Assembly: GCA_019310965.1 (NCBI GenBank)
Contig: JAFDDG010000005.1
Span: 16,227-80,226, forward strand
Length of the DNA stretch: 64,000 nt
DNA from: Deltaproteobacteria bacterium
GTDB lineage: Bacteria; Myxococcota_A; UBA9160; SMWR01
Direction of reading: 5' to 3'
Shown here one piece after another: positions 38,627 through 46,410 of this stretch (position 1 is its first letter; every line of letters starts with the position of its first letter). The position numbers and the translations under genes are program-made. The notes under the pieces were generated by a model. It saw nothing but the letters and a program-made list of their open reading frames with translations. It had not been told where the DNA came from and made no database searches.

Positions 38627-39586
38627 TCAGGAGCTGCGCAGATCGGAGAAGAAGAATTTCGCGACTTCGTTCAACACGTCTGCGCGTTCCCATTGGATGA
38701 AATGGCCGCACTCGGGGACGCTGAGCGGTCCCACCCGGTTGCTGAAGGCGATTTCGCAGCGCTTGGGGAAATCCGCCGGAACCACCTGGTCGTCGGGTCC
38801 GTACAGGATCAGCGTGGGGGTCTCGACTTTCTGCGCCACCAGCGGAGGCTCGCTCATCGGTCGTCCGTACTGGAGCTGGTAGGGCGCCCAGGCTGCAGAC
38901 AGCCGTCGGATGTCCGCGAAGGGCTCCGTCATGAAGTCGAAATCGCGCTCTTCGAACGAGCCCCGCGAGGCGAGCAGTCGATGCTCGTAGAAATCGCGCA
39001 CCCACTGGCGGCAGCGTGCCGGCGTGTCGAGCTCCGCGGCGAGCTGCTCGAAGTCGCGTCCCTGCCGGATCTGGTAGTCGCCGGCGGGGCCGTGCTCGAG
39101 GGGGACCATCGGCAGATTGTGGGCCGCGTACCACTCGGCGGCCTCGGGAACGATGGGAGCGATGGTGTTGAAGTAGATCATGCGATCGACGAAGCCGGGA
39201 AAGCGATTCGCCATGTCGACGATCACCGGGCCGCCCACGTCGCCGGCGATGAGGCCGCAGCGCGCGTGGCCCAATACGTCGTGCACCAGCGCGTGCAGGT
39301 CGCGGGAGTAGTAGACGAGATCGTACTCATTCTTCTCGGATAGATCCGAGTCACCGTAGCCGCGCAGGTCCGGGACGATCACCTCGTAGCCGGCCGCGAC
39401 CAGCGGCTCGATGTTGCGCCAGTAGATCCGCTTGGTTTCGGGGTAGCCGTGGACGAGCAGGAGCGGGTAGCCGCCGATGCCTTCTCGCACGTAGGCGAGA
39501 GTCATTGCATCGGTCACCTGCGAGCGGTGGATGCGAAATGCGTCGGCCGTGGGGGTCTCGGGCTGGGGCGGTCGGGGGAGCGGCAC
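38627..39586 (-). CDS. Alpha/beta hydrolase, epoxide hydrolase/haloalkane dehalogenase-like (Asp nucleophile)
   Basis: HGYPET oxyanion motif, AGDVGG elbow with Asp, C-terminal GHFIQWE. GTG 39586 lies 5 nt after AAGGAG. Confidence 0.8.
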   Translation of the reverse strand: MPLPRPPQPETPTADAFRIHRSQVTDAMTLAYVREGIGGYPLLLVHGYPETKRIYWRNIEPLVAAGYEVIVPDLRGYGDSDLSEKNEYDLVYYSRDLHALVHDVLGHARCGLIAGDVGGPVIVDMANRFPGFVDRMIYFNTIAPIVPEAAEWYAAHNLPMVPLEHGPAGDYQIRQGRDFEQLAAELDTPARCRQWVRDFYEHRLLASRGSFEERDFDFMTEPFADIRRLSAAWAPYQLQYGRPMSEPPLVAQKVETPTLILYGPDDQVVPADFPKRCEIAFSNRVGPLSVPECGHFIQWERADVLNEVAKFFFSDLRSS

Positions 39587-39721
39587 GGGGTCTCCTTGTG
39601 AACTGTGGCGGCGGAGCCGATGCGTTCGCGCTCGAGCATCCGGAAGTGGCGTCGCACCCACGAGGCAGCAGCGCATTGCTGGCTTCTTGCCGGCTCATCG
39701 ATGGCGCTCTCACCGTGTGGC

Positions 39722-40246
39722 TCAGTACTTCGGGATGAATTGGAAGGAGGGGTCGGACTCGTCGCGGCTGCCCTGGGGCGGGGTCTGCTGCTCCTTGCCC
39801 AGCACGCTGAATGTCTGGGCGTCCGAGACGTGCGTCCGGTGGTCGATGGCCCAGCGCCCATTGCGGCGCGACCAGCGATCCAGGTAGCGGCCTCGCCCCA
39901 CGATCTCGGTGCGTTCGCCGGATTCGTCCGCGTACATCCACAGCAGCACGGTCACGTAGGACTCGCTCGTGGCGCGCTCGCCGTCGACTTCGATCAACGT
40001 GTTCGTGATCTGGTGCGAGTGGCACTCCATGGGCTCGTGGGCCTGCCACACCCAGTCGACGAAGCCGCGCCCGGTGCCTTCGAAGATGTCGATGTAGTGA
40101 GCCGTGCCGTCTTCGTGCCAGGTGGCGTAGGCCATATCCTTGTCCATGCGGTCGAGTCCGCGGCAGTAGCGGGAGAGCACGTCCCGGATGGCGCTCTTGG
40201 CGATGACGTCGTCGAGGCTGGGGTCCGGCACGCCGCTCCCTCCCAT
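39722..40246 (-). CDS. SnoaL-like/NTF2-fold protein
   Basis: 174 aa. IRDVLSRYCRGLDRMD...GRYLDRWSRRNGRWAIDHR pattern. The ATG overlaps the upstream TGA (TGATG). Confidence 0.7.
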   Translation of the reverse strand: MGGSGVPDPSLDDVIAKSAIRDVLSRYCRGLDRMDKDMAYATWHEDGTAHYIDIFEGTGRGFVDWVWQAHEPMECHSHQITNTLIEVDGERATSESYVTVLLWMYADESGERTEIVGRGRYLDRWSRRNGRWAIDHRTHVSDAQTFSVLGKEQQTPPQGSRDESDPSFQFIPKY

Positions 40247-40707
40247 CAATTCGAAGCGGGTTCGCAGACGAAGAGCGGGATGTCTCGATCCGTGCGGGCC
40301 TGGTAGTCCGCGTACGCGGGGTAGTGCTCCACGGCCGTCGGCCACAGCCGTTCCTTCTCTTCGGGGCCGGCCAGCCGCGCTCGCAGCTTGCGCTTCTCGC
40401 CCTTGTGCTGGATCTCGACGTCCGGGTTTGCGAGCAGGTTCTTGACCCAGAGCGGGCTCTTCGGTGCGCCGCCCAGCGACCCGATGACCAGCACGTCCTG
40501 GCCCGAAGGCACGTACATCACCGGCCGCGTGATGCGTTTGCCCGACTTCGCGCCGGTCATGGTGACGAGGCACACGTCTTTCCCGAAGAGGGTGCCGCAG
40601 AGTCTTCCCCGGGTGAGCTTGTAGATGGGTGTCTGCAGCCGGGTGAGCACGCGCACTCCGCGCTTGAGCATCGAGTATTCCCTGGCAGTCATCGGATTCT
40701 CGGCCAT
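40246..40707 (-). CDS. Deazaflavin (F420H2)-dependent nitroreductase/quinone reductase family (DDN type)
   Basis: LTMTGAKSGKRITRPVMY, GGAPKSPLWVKNLLANP, AYADYQARTDRDIPLFV. CAGGAG upstream of ATG 40707. Confidence 0.8.
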   Translation of the reverse strand: MAENPMTAREYSMLKRGVRVLTRLQTPIYKLTRGRLCGTLFGKDVCLVTMTGAKSGKRITRPVMYVPSGQDVLVIGSLGGAPKSPLWVKNLLANPDVEIQHKGEKRKLRARLAGPEEKERLWPTAVEHYPAYADYQARTDRDIPLFVCEPASN

Positions 40708-40872
40708 CTCGTCTCCTGGTGGGTGCCGCTGGTGTCCTGCACCGCCGCCTCGTCTCGCCCATGCCGGGTGCGTGGGATGAGGCGCCGCTGTTGCTCGCGT
40801 GTCCGATTGGAGCAGCATTCTACCTCGAAGTGGCGCATCGCGATCTCAGCGTCCCCGGGGTACCTTACCGCC

Positions 40873-42051
40873 ATGGTCCCGCAAGCCCGGAGGCCGCGCG
40901 GGTCCTTGCGCTGGGCGATTCCGGCCGCGCTGATGCTGGCCGGCGTCGTCCTTCGTTACACCGTCTTCGCGCCGGATGCCCTCGAAGTACGGGTAACCCC
41001 GGTCGAGCGGGGAGTGGTCGAGTCCACGGTCACCAACTCGAAGGCGGGAACCGTCAAGGCCCGTCGGCGTTCGCGCATCGCGGCGGAGATCGGGGGCCGC
41101 GTCGTCGCCATCGTGCACCGCGAGGGGGCGCGGGTCGAGGACGGCGAGGTGATCGTGCGTTTGAACGACACGACCCAGGTCGCTCAGCTCGAGCTGGCGC
41201 GGGAGGGGATGGCCGTCGCCCGAGCGCGGCGGCAGGAGGCGTGTCTGCGCCGCGATCGCGCGCAGCGCGAGCTCGAGCGAAATCGCAAGCTTGCCGAGAG
41301 CAACGTGCTCTCCGAGGATCGCCTCGATGCGCTCGAGTACAGCTACGACTCGGCGCGCGTCACGTGCGACGGAGCGAGGGCCGAGCTGGCGCAGGCGGCA
41401 GCACAAGTGAGATCGGCAGAGGCCGAGCTGGCCAAGACCCTCATCCATGCGCCCTTCGCTGGGGTGGTGGCCGAACTCAACGTCGAGGTGGGCGAGTGGG
41501 TGACGCCGTCTCCGCCCCTGCTGACCTCACCGGCGGTGGTCGATCTCATCGATCCCGAGTCGATCTACGTGGCGGCACCCATGGACGAGGTCGATTCGGG
41601 TGCGATCCGCGTGGGGCTTCCGGTCAAGCTCACGGTGGATTCGCGGCCGGACGAGGTCTTCGCCGGCCGCGTGTCGCGGGTGGCGCCGTATGTGCTCGAC
41701 ATCGAGGCGCAGAACCGCACCCTCGAAATCGAGGTGGAGATCGCCGGCCGCGTGTCGGGCGAGGCGCTGCTGCCCGGCACGTCGGCGGACGTCGAGGTGG
41801 TGCTGGAGACTCGGGAGGAGGTGCTGCGGGTTCCCACCTCGGCACTGCTGCAGAACCAGCGCGTGCTGGTGCTGGCCAACGGCAAGCTCGAGGAGCGATC
41901 CATCGATTTGGGCCTGCGCAACTGGCGCTATGCCGAGGTGCGCGCCGGCGTCGCAGAGGGGGAAGCCGTCGTGGTCTCGCTCGACGACGTCGGCATCGAG
42001 GCCGGCGCGCGCGCAGTGGTCGCGCCCGATGACTCGGATGCGATTCCGTGA
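40873..42051 (+). CDS. Efflux periplasmic adaptor (HlyD/MacA family)
   Basis: N-terminal anchor helix, lipoyl-like segments flanking a coiled-coil hairpin, IHAPFAGVV, beta-barrel region. GTGA overlap with the next gene. Confidence 0.85.
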   Translation: MVPQARRPRGSLRWAIPAALMLAGVVLRYTVFAPDALEVRVTPVERGVVESTVTNSKAGTVKARRRSRIAAEIGGRVVAIVHREGARVEDGEVIVRLNDTTQVAQLELAREGMAVARARRQEACLRRDRAQRELERNRKLAESNVLSEDRLDALEYSYDSARVTCDGARAELAQAAAQVRSAEAELAKTLIHAPFAGVVAELNVEVGEWVTPSPPLLTSPAVVDLIDPESIYVAAPMDEVDSGAIRVGLPVKLTVDSRPDEVFAGRVSRVAPYVLDIEAQNRTLEIEVEIAGRVSGEALLPGTSADVEVVLETREEVLRVPTSALLQNQRVLVLANGKLEERSIDLGLRNWRYAEVRAGVAEGEAVVVSLDDVGIEAGARAVVAPDDSDAIP

Positions 42052-42773
42052 TCCAGCTGGAAGACCTGTGGCGCACCTACGTGATGGGCGAGCAGGAGCT
42101 TCACGCCCTGTGCAGCGTCAACGAGACGATCGAGGCCGGCGAGCACGTGGCCATCATGGGGCCCTCGGGCTCGGGCAAGAGCACGCTGCTCAACATCGTC
42201 GGCTGTCTCGACTCTCCGACTCGTGGCAAGTACCTGCTCGACGGCAGCGACGTCGCGGGTCTCGAAGAGGATGCTCTGGCCGATGTGCGTCTGCGGCGCA
42301 TCGGATTCATATTCCAGTCGTTCCATCTGGTGCCGCGCCTGACGGCGGTGGAGAACGTCGAAATGCCGATGATCTTCGCCGGCGTCGAGCCGGGTGAACG
42401 GCGCGAGCGCGCGCAGGGGGCGCTCGCGGCCGTGGGGCTCTCGGAGCGCCGCGGCCACAAGCCCAGTGAGCTCTCCGGCGGAGAGAAGCAGCGCATCGCC
42501 ATCGCGCGGGCGACCATCATGGGGCCGGATCTGCTGCTGGCGGACGAGCCCACAGGCAACCTCGACTCGCGCTCCGGTGGGCAGGTACTCGATCTGCTGG
42601 GGCAGCTCCACCGGGAAGGGCGCACGTTGCTGGTCGTCACGCACGATCCCGGCGTGGCGCGCCGGGCCGACCGCGTGCTCGTCATGCAGGACGGCCAGAT
42701 CGTGAAGCGCGTGGCCGGCTCGAAGGTCACGAACCTGGCGAGCCTGTTCGAGGAAGGGGAGGCCGCCGAATGA
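42048..42773 (+). CDS. ABC transporter ATP-binding protein (MacB/LolD type)
   Basis: Walker A GPSGSGKST, signature LSGGEKQR, Walker B LLLADEPT, H-loop THD. Confidence 0.93.
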   Translation: MIQLEDLWRTYVMGEQELHALCSVNETIEAGEHVAIMGPSGSGKSTLLNIVGCLDSPTRGKYLLDGSDVAGLEEDALADVRLRRIGFIFQSFHLVPRLTAVENVEMPMIFAGVEPGERRERAQGALAAVGLSERRGHKPSELSGGEKQRIAIARATIMGPDLLLADEPTGNLDSRSGGQVLDLLGQLHREGRTLLVVTHDPGVARRADRVLVMQDGQIVKRVAGSKVTNLASLFEEGEAAE

Positions 42774-43975
42774 CATCGGCCGATTTCGTGCGTTTCGCCT
42801 CCCGCGCGCTGTATCAGAATCGCCGGCGCAGCGCCTTGTCTCTGGTCGGCGTGGTGATCGGTGTGATCGCGGTCGTCTCGCTGACGGCGATCGGTGAGGG
42901 CGCGCTGCGCTACGTGAACGACCAGTTCGCGAGCCTCGGCAATGGCATCGTGATGGTCGTGCCGGGCAAGAACGATACGACCGGCGACATGCCCCTGGGC
43001 ATGGGCGGCGTCCCCAACGATCTGACCGTCGATGATGCCATCGCCATCCAACGCCGCGTTCTCGACATCCGCACGGCCGTGCCGATGACCGTGACCACGG
43101 CCGCCGTCTCGCACCGGCAGCGCAGCCGCCAGGTCACCATCGTCGGCGCCACGTCCGAGTTCGCGCGCCTGCAGCGGCTCGAGCTCGCGCTGGGAAGCTT
43201 CCTGCCCGAGGGCGACCTGGATCGTGGCGCTTCGGTTGCAGTGCTGGGCCACACCGTGGCGCGCGAGCTCTTCGGGCACGAGAATCCGCTGGGGTCGACG
43301 GTCCGCGTGGGTGAGTGGCGCGTGCGGGTGATCGGCGTGACGGCGCGGCGCGGCACGCAGCTCGGGCTGGAGGTCGACGAGACCGTCTTCATTCCGACTG
43401 CCACCGGCATGCGCATGGCGAACAAGAGCTCGCTCACCCGCATCATGTTGCAGCTTCAGCCGCTGGCCGATCCCGATGTCGCCATTCGTCGCGTGGTCGC
43501 GCTGTTGACCGAACGCCACGACGAGGAGGACGTCACCTGCATCAGCCAGGATGCCGTAGTCGACTCGCTGGGCTCGATCCTTCGGGTCTTGAGCCTGGCC
43601 GTGGCGGGCATCGCGGCGGTGAGCCTGGCCGTGGCCGGCATCGGCATCATGAACGTGATGCTGGTGACGGTGTCGGAGCGCCGGGAGGAGGTGGGGCTGC
43701 TCAAGGCCCTGGGGGCGACCCGACGTCAGATCCTGCTGATCTTCCTGCTCGAGGCGGCCCTGCTCTCGCTCGCCGGCGGCCTGCTGGGCCTCGGTCTCGG
43801 CACGGGCGCCGTCGCCATCGGCGATGCCTTGGTTCCCGCCGTCAGCATCGAGGCGCCGGCCTGGGCGGCCGGCGCGGTCGTGACGCTCGCCCTCGTGACG
43901 GGTGTCGTCTTCGGGGTGCTCCCGGCCTGGCGTGCCTCCGAGCTCGATCCGGTGGCGGCGCTGCAAGGCCACTGA
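42770..43975 (+). CDS. ABC transporter permease, FtsX/MacB-type (4 TM plus periplasmic domain)
   Basis: ATGA overlap with the ATPase gene. N-terminal TM, large periplasmic domain, C-terminal FtsX-like 3 TM (ERREEVGLLKALGATRRQI). Confidence 0.88.
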   Translation: MTSADFVRFASRALYQNRRRSALSLVGVVIGVIAVVSLTAIGEGALRYVNDQFASLGNGIVMVVPGKNDTTGDMPLGMGGVPNDLTVDDAIAIQRRVLDIRTAVPMTVTTAAVSHRQRSRQVTIVGATSEFARLQRLELALGSFLPEGDLDRGASVAVLGHTVARELFGHENPLGSTVRVGEWRVRVIGVTARRGTQLGLEVDETVFIPTATGMRMANKSSLTRIMLQLQPLADPDVAIRRVVALLTERHDEEDVTCISQDAVVDSLGSILRVLSLAVAGIAAVSLAVAGIGIMNVMLVTVSERREEVGLLKALGATRRQILLIFLLEAALLSLAGGLLGLGLGTGAVAIGDALVPAVSIEAPAWAAGAVVTLALVTGVVFGVLPAWRASELDPVAALQGH

Positions 43976-43987
43976 GCGGAGGGCCGT

Positions 43988-45199
43988 ATGGCGAGAATGG
44001 ATCCGGCCGATGTGCTGCGCATGAGCACCGGAGCCATGCGCGGGCATCCGCTGCGCTCGGGGCTCTCGATGCTGGGAATCGCGATCGGTGTGGCGGCCGT
44101 CATCCTGCTCACGTCGCTGGGTGAGGGTGCGCGGCGCTTCATGGTGGCCGAGTTCTCCCAGTTCGGGACCAATGTGCTGGCCATCAATCCGGGCAAGTCG
44201 GAGACGGTGGGCATTCCCGGCGCCTTCGGCGGCACGACCCAGAAGCTCACGATCGACGATGCGGAGGCGCTCACGCGGCTGCCGCTCGTCGAGCAGGTGG
44301 TGCCGCTGGCCATGGGCCAGGCTCGCGTGGAGGGCAATGGGCGGGGTCGCAGCGTATTGATCTACGGCTCGACCTCGGGGCTCACGGAAGTGCTGAAGTT
44401 CGGCATCGGCCAGGGCAGCTTCCTGCCTCCGGGTGACCCGCGGCGCGGCGGCTTCGTCGCAGTTCTCGGTCCGACGCTCAAGCGCGAGCTCTTCGGTGCC
44501 AAGAACGCGCTGGGTGAGTTCGTGCGCATCGCCGGCACCCGCCACCGGGTGATCGGTGTGATGACGCCGAAGGGCAAGATTCTCGGCATGGACATCGACG
44601 ATGCCGCCTACGTGCCGGTGGCCACGGCCATGCAGCTCTTCAACCTCGACGAGCTGCAGGAGATCGACGTGCTCTTCGCCCACGAACGGGTGACGGAGGA
44701 GGTGGTCGAAACGGTGCGCGCCACGTTGATCGAACGGCATCGCGGCGAGGAGGACTTCACCGTCATCAGCCAGTCGGAGATGCTGAAGGTCTTCGGTCAG
44801 GTGATGGACGTCGTCACGCTCGGCGTGGCGCTCATCGCCGGCATCTCGTTGCTGGTCGGTGCGGTGGGCATCCTCACCATGATGTGGATCTCGGTGGGCG
44901 AGCGGGTGCCGGAGATCGGGCTGATGCGGGCGTTGGGCGCGACGGCGGCGCAGGTGCACGCGCTCTTCCTATGCGAAGCGGTCTTGCTCACGCTGTGCGG
45001 CGGCCTGGCCGGGCTGGCGTTTGGCTTCAGCGTCACCACGGCAATTCGCCTGGTGGTGCCGGGCTTCCCGGTGGGAGCGCCCATCGAGTACGTGGTCGCC
45101 GCCCTGCTGGTGAGCGCTGCCGCCGGGCTGCTCTCGGGAGTGGGGCCGGCGCGGCGCGCTGCCGAGCTCGAGCCCGTGGCGGCGCTGCGAACCGAGTAG
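43988..45199 (+). CDS. ABC transporter permease, FtsX/MacB-type, paralogue
   Basis: Same architecture as 42770..43975 (ERVPEIGLMRALGATAAQV). Confidence 0.88.
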   Translation: MARMDPADVLRMSTGAMRGHPLRSGLSMLGIAIGVAAVILLTSLGEGARRFMVAEFSQFGTNVLAINPGKSETVGIPGAFGGTTQKLTIDDAEALTRLPLVEQVVPLAMGQARVEGNGRGRSVLIYGSTSGLTEVLKFGIGQGSFLPPGDPRRGGFVAVLGPTLKRELFGAKNALGEFVRIAGTRHRVIGVMTPKGKILGMDIDDAAYVPVATAMQLFNLDELQEIDVLFAHERVTEEVVETVRATLIERHRGEEDFTVISQSEMLKVFGQVMDVVTLGVALIAGISLLVGAVGILTMMWISVGERVPEIGLMRALGATAAQVHALFLCEAVLLTLCGGLAGLAFGFSVTTAIRLVVPGFPVGAPIEYVVAALLVSAAAGLLSGVGPARRAAELEPVAALRTE

Positions 45200-45230
45200 T
45201 CTCGTCGCTGCCATCGAAGAGAAGGAGTGC

Positions 45231-45827
45231 GTGATGCCGAGAGTCGAACCGTTGACGCGTGGGGAGCTGGCCGAGTTCGAGCCCTTCTTTGCCGGGATCG
45301 AGCAGGCGCTGGGATTCGTGCCCAATAGCCTCTTGACCCTGGGGCGCTCTCCGGCGCTCTTGCGCGCGTTTGCCGGCCTGTCGGGCGCGGTGCTGATGCA
45401 GGGTCAGATCGATCGGGAGCTGAAGCAGCTGGTCGCATTCGTTTCCAGCAATGCCGCCGGCTGTCGTTACTGTCAAGCGCATACCAGCCACTCGGCGGAA
45501 CGCCTCGGCGTCCCCCTCGAGAAGCTCCAGGCCGCATTCGAGTTCGAGACCAGCCCGCTCTTCAGTGCCGCCGAGCGCGCGGCGCTGCAGCTGGCCCAGG
45601 CCGCCGGGCTCGTGCCCAACGCCAGCCGTGACGATCACTTCGTCGAGCTGCGGCGTCACTTCGACGAGACTCAGATCGTCGAGATCGTGTCGGTCATCGC
45701 GCTCTTCGGCTGGCTCAACCGCTGGAACGACACCATGGCGACGGAGCTGGAGAGCGGCCCGCTCGCCTTCGCCGAAGCGAATCTCGCACGCCACGGCTGG
45801 AAGTCGGGGCGGCACGCGGCCGGGTAA
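45231..45827 (+). CDS. AhpD-like/carboxymuconolactone decarboxylase family, peroxidase-related protein
   Basis: CxxC-H motif GCRYCQAH in the expected helix. AAGGAG upstream; ATG 45234 is an equally possible start. Confidence 0.85.
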   Translation: MMPRVEPLTRGELAEFEPFFAGIEQALGFVPNSLLTLGRSPALLRAFAGLSGAVLMQGQIDRELKQLVAFVSSNAAGCRYCQAHTSHSAERLGVPLEKLQAAFEFETSPLFSAAERAALQLAQAAGLVPNASRDDHFVELRRHFDETQIVEIVSVIALFGWLNRWNDTMATELESGPLAFAEANLARHGWKSGRHAAG

Positions 45828-45829
45828 AG

Positions 45830-45918
45830 GGGGACGGTGTTGCCTTCTTGCCTTTTTCCGGACCTGCTCGCTGACACCACCGCTCAGCCGAAAAAGGCAA
45901 GAAGGCAACACCGTCCCC
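45830..45918. repeat. Palindromic repeat copy 2: perfect 29-bp stem, 31-nt loop
   Basis: 45830..45858 is the exact reverse complement of 45890..45918. The arms match copy 1 except for two T-to-C changes that are mirrored in the opposite arm. It lies between convergent genes. Confidence 0.95.
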
Positions 45919-45933
45919 GCTTGCTGCCAACCG

Positions 45934-46272
45934 CTAGTCGAACACCTTCTCGAAGCTCTCTTCGTTGAAGCCGACGAGGAGGGTCTTGCCCCGTCGAATC
46001 GTCGGGGCTCGCAGGTTTCCGGTGGGGCCGAGCATGGCCTCGACCAGATCCTTGCCCGCCTTGCCGCCGGGGAATTCCTTCACCTTCTTGCCCTTGGCGA
46101 CGATCACCTTCGACGCCGCCTTGGCGAGCGCAGCTGCGTCTGCCCTGGCGAGCTTACGGCTCGCCGGGACGACCTCCTTGGCCTCGATGCCTCTGGCGTC
46201 CAGGAACCTGGACGCTCGGGTGCAAGACGTTCAGCCCTTGCGCTCGTAGTACCAGTCGATCGTCTTCGCCAT
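45934..46272 (-). CDS. ArsC/Spx-fold thiol-redox protein with in-frame UGA (probable selenocysteine, U-T-S-C motif)
   Basis: My reverse-complement translation: MAKTIDWYYERKG-[TGA 46231..46233]-TSCTRASRFLDARGIEAKEVV...GNLRAPTIRRGKTLLVGFNEESFEKVFD*. High GC3 continues across the TGA. AGGGGA lies about 7 nt upstream of the ATG. The TGA sits where this family has the first Cys of CxxC. Confidence 0.8.
46196..46215 (-). other. SECIS-like hairpin 15 nt downstream of the in-frame UGA
   Basis: The minus-strand RNA GCGUCCAG-GUUC-CUGGACGC forms a perfect 8-9 bp stem whose apical loop contains GU, comparable to the E. coli fdhF apical GGUC loop. Confidence 0.7.
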
Positions 46273-46315
46273 CGGCAATCCCCTTTGCTTCCGAAGCCCA
46301 ATCTACCCCACTGCG

Positions 46316-46337
46316 AAGAAGGCAACACCGTCCCCGC
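46316..46337. repeat. Solo right-arm copy of the palindromic repeat
   Basis: AAGAAGGCAACACCGTCCCCGC is identical to 45899..45920. No left-arm partner is nearby. Confidence 0.9.
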
Positions 46338-46410
46338 GGCTGCCACGTTGGCGCCTGCCACGCCCGAAAGGGTTTGGCCGCGGTGCGCAAGCGTGCGAAG
46401 CTCGGCCGCC

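Noticed and set aside
42101-44959. 952-aa ORF on the minus strand, the longest in the track
   Set aside because: It is antisense to four well-supported ABC/adaptor genes with clear Walker and FtsX motifs. Its product is Arg/His/Asp/Gly-rich low complexity, typical of shadow frames in GC-rich DNA.
45231-45827. AhpD-like gene as a second selenoprotein
   Set aside because: The redox motif is encoded by ordinary Cys codons (GCRYCQAH), and the frame has no internal TGA.
45451-46410. 5' two-fifths of the 729-aa plus-strand ORF
   Set aside because: It runs through the AhpD-like gene in another frame, both palindromic repeats and the antisense of the selenoprotein gene. Only the MFS part from about 46411 is coding-like.
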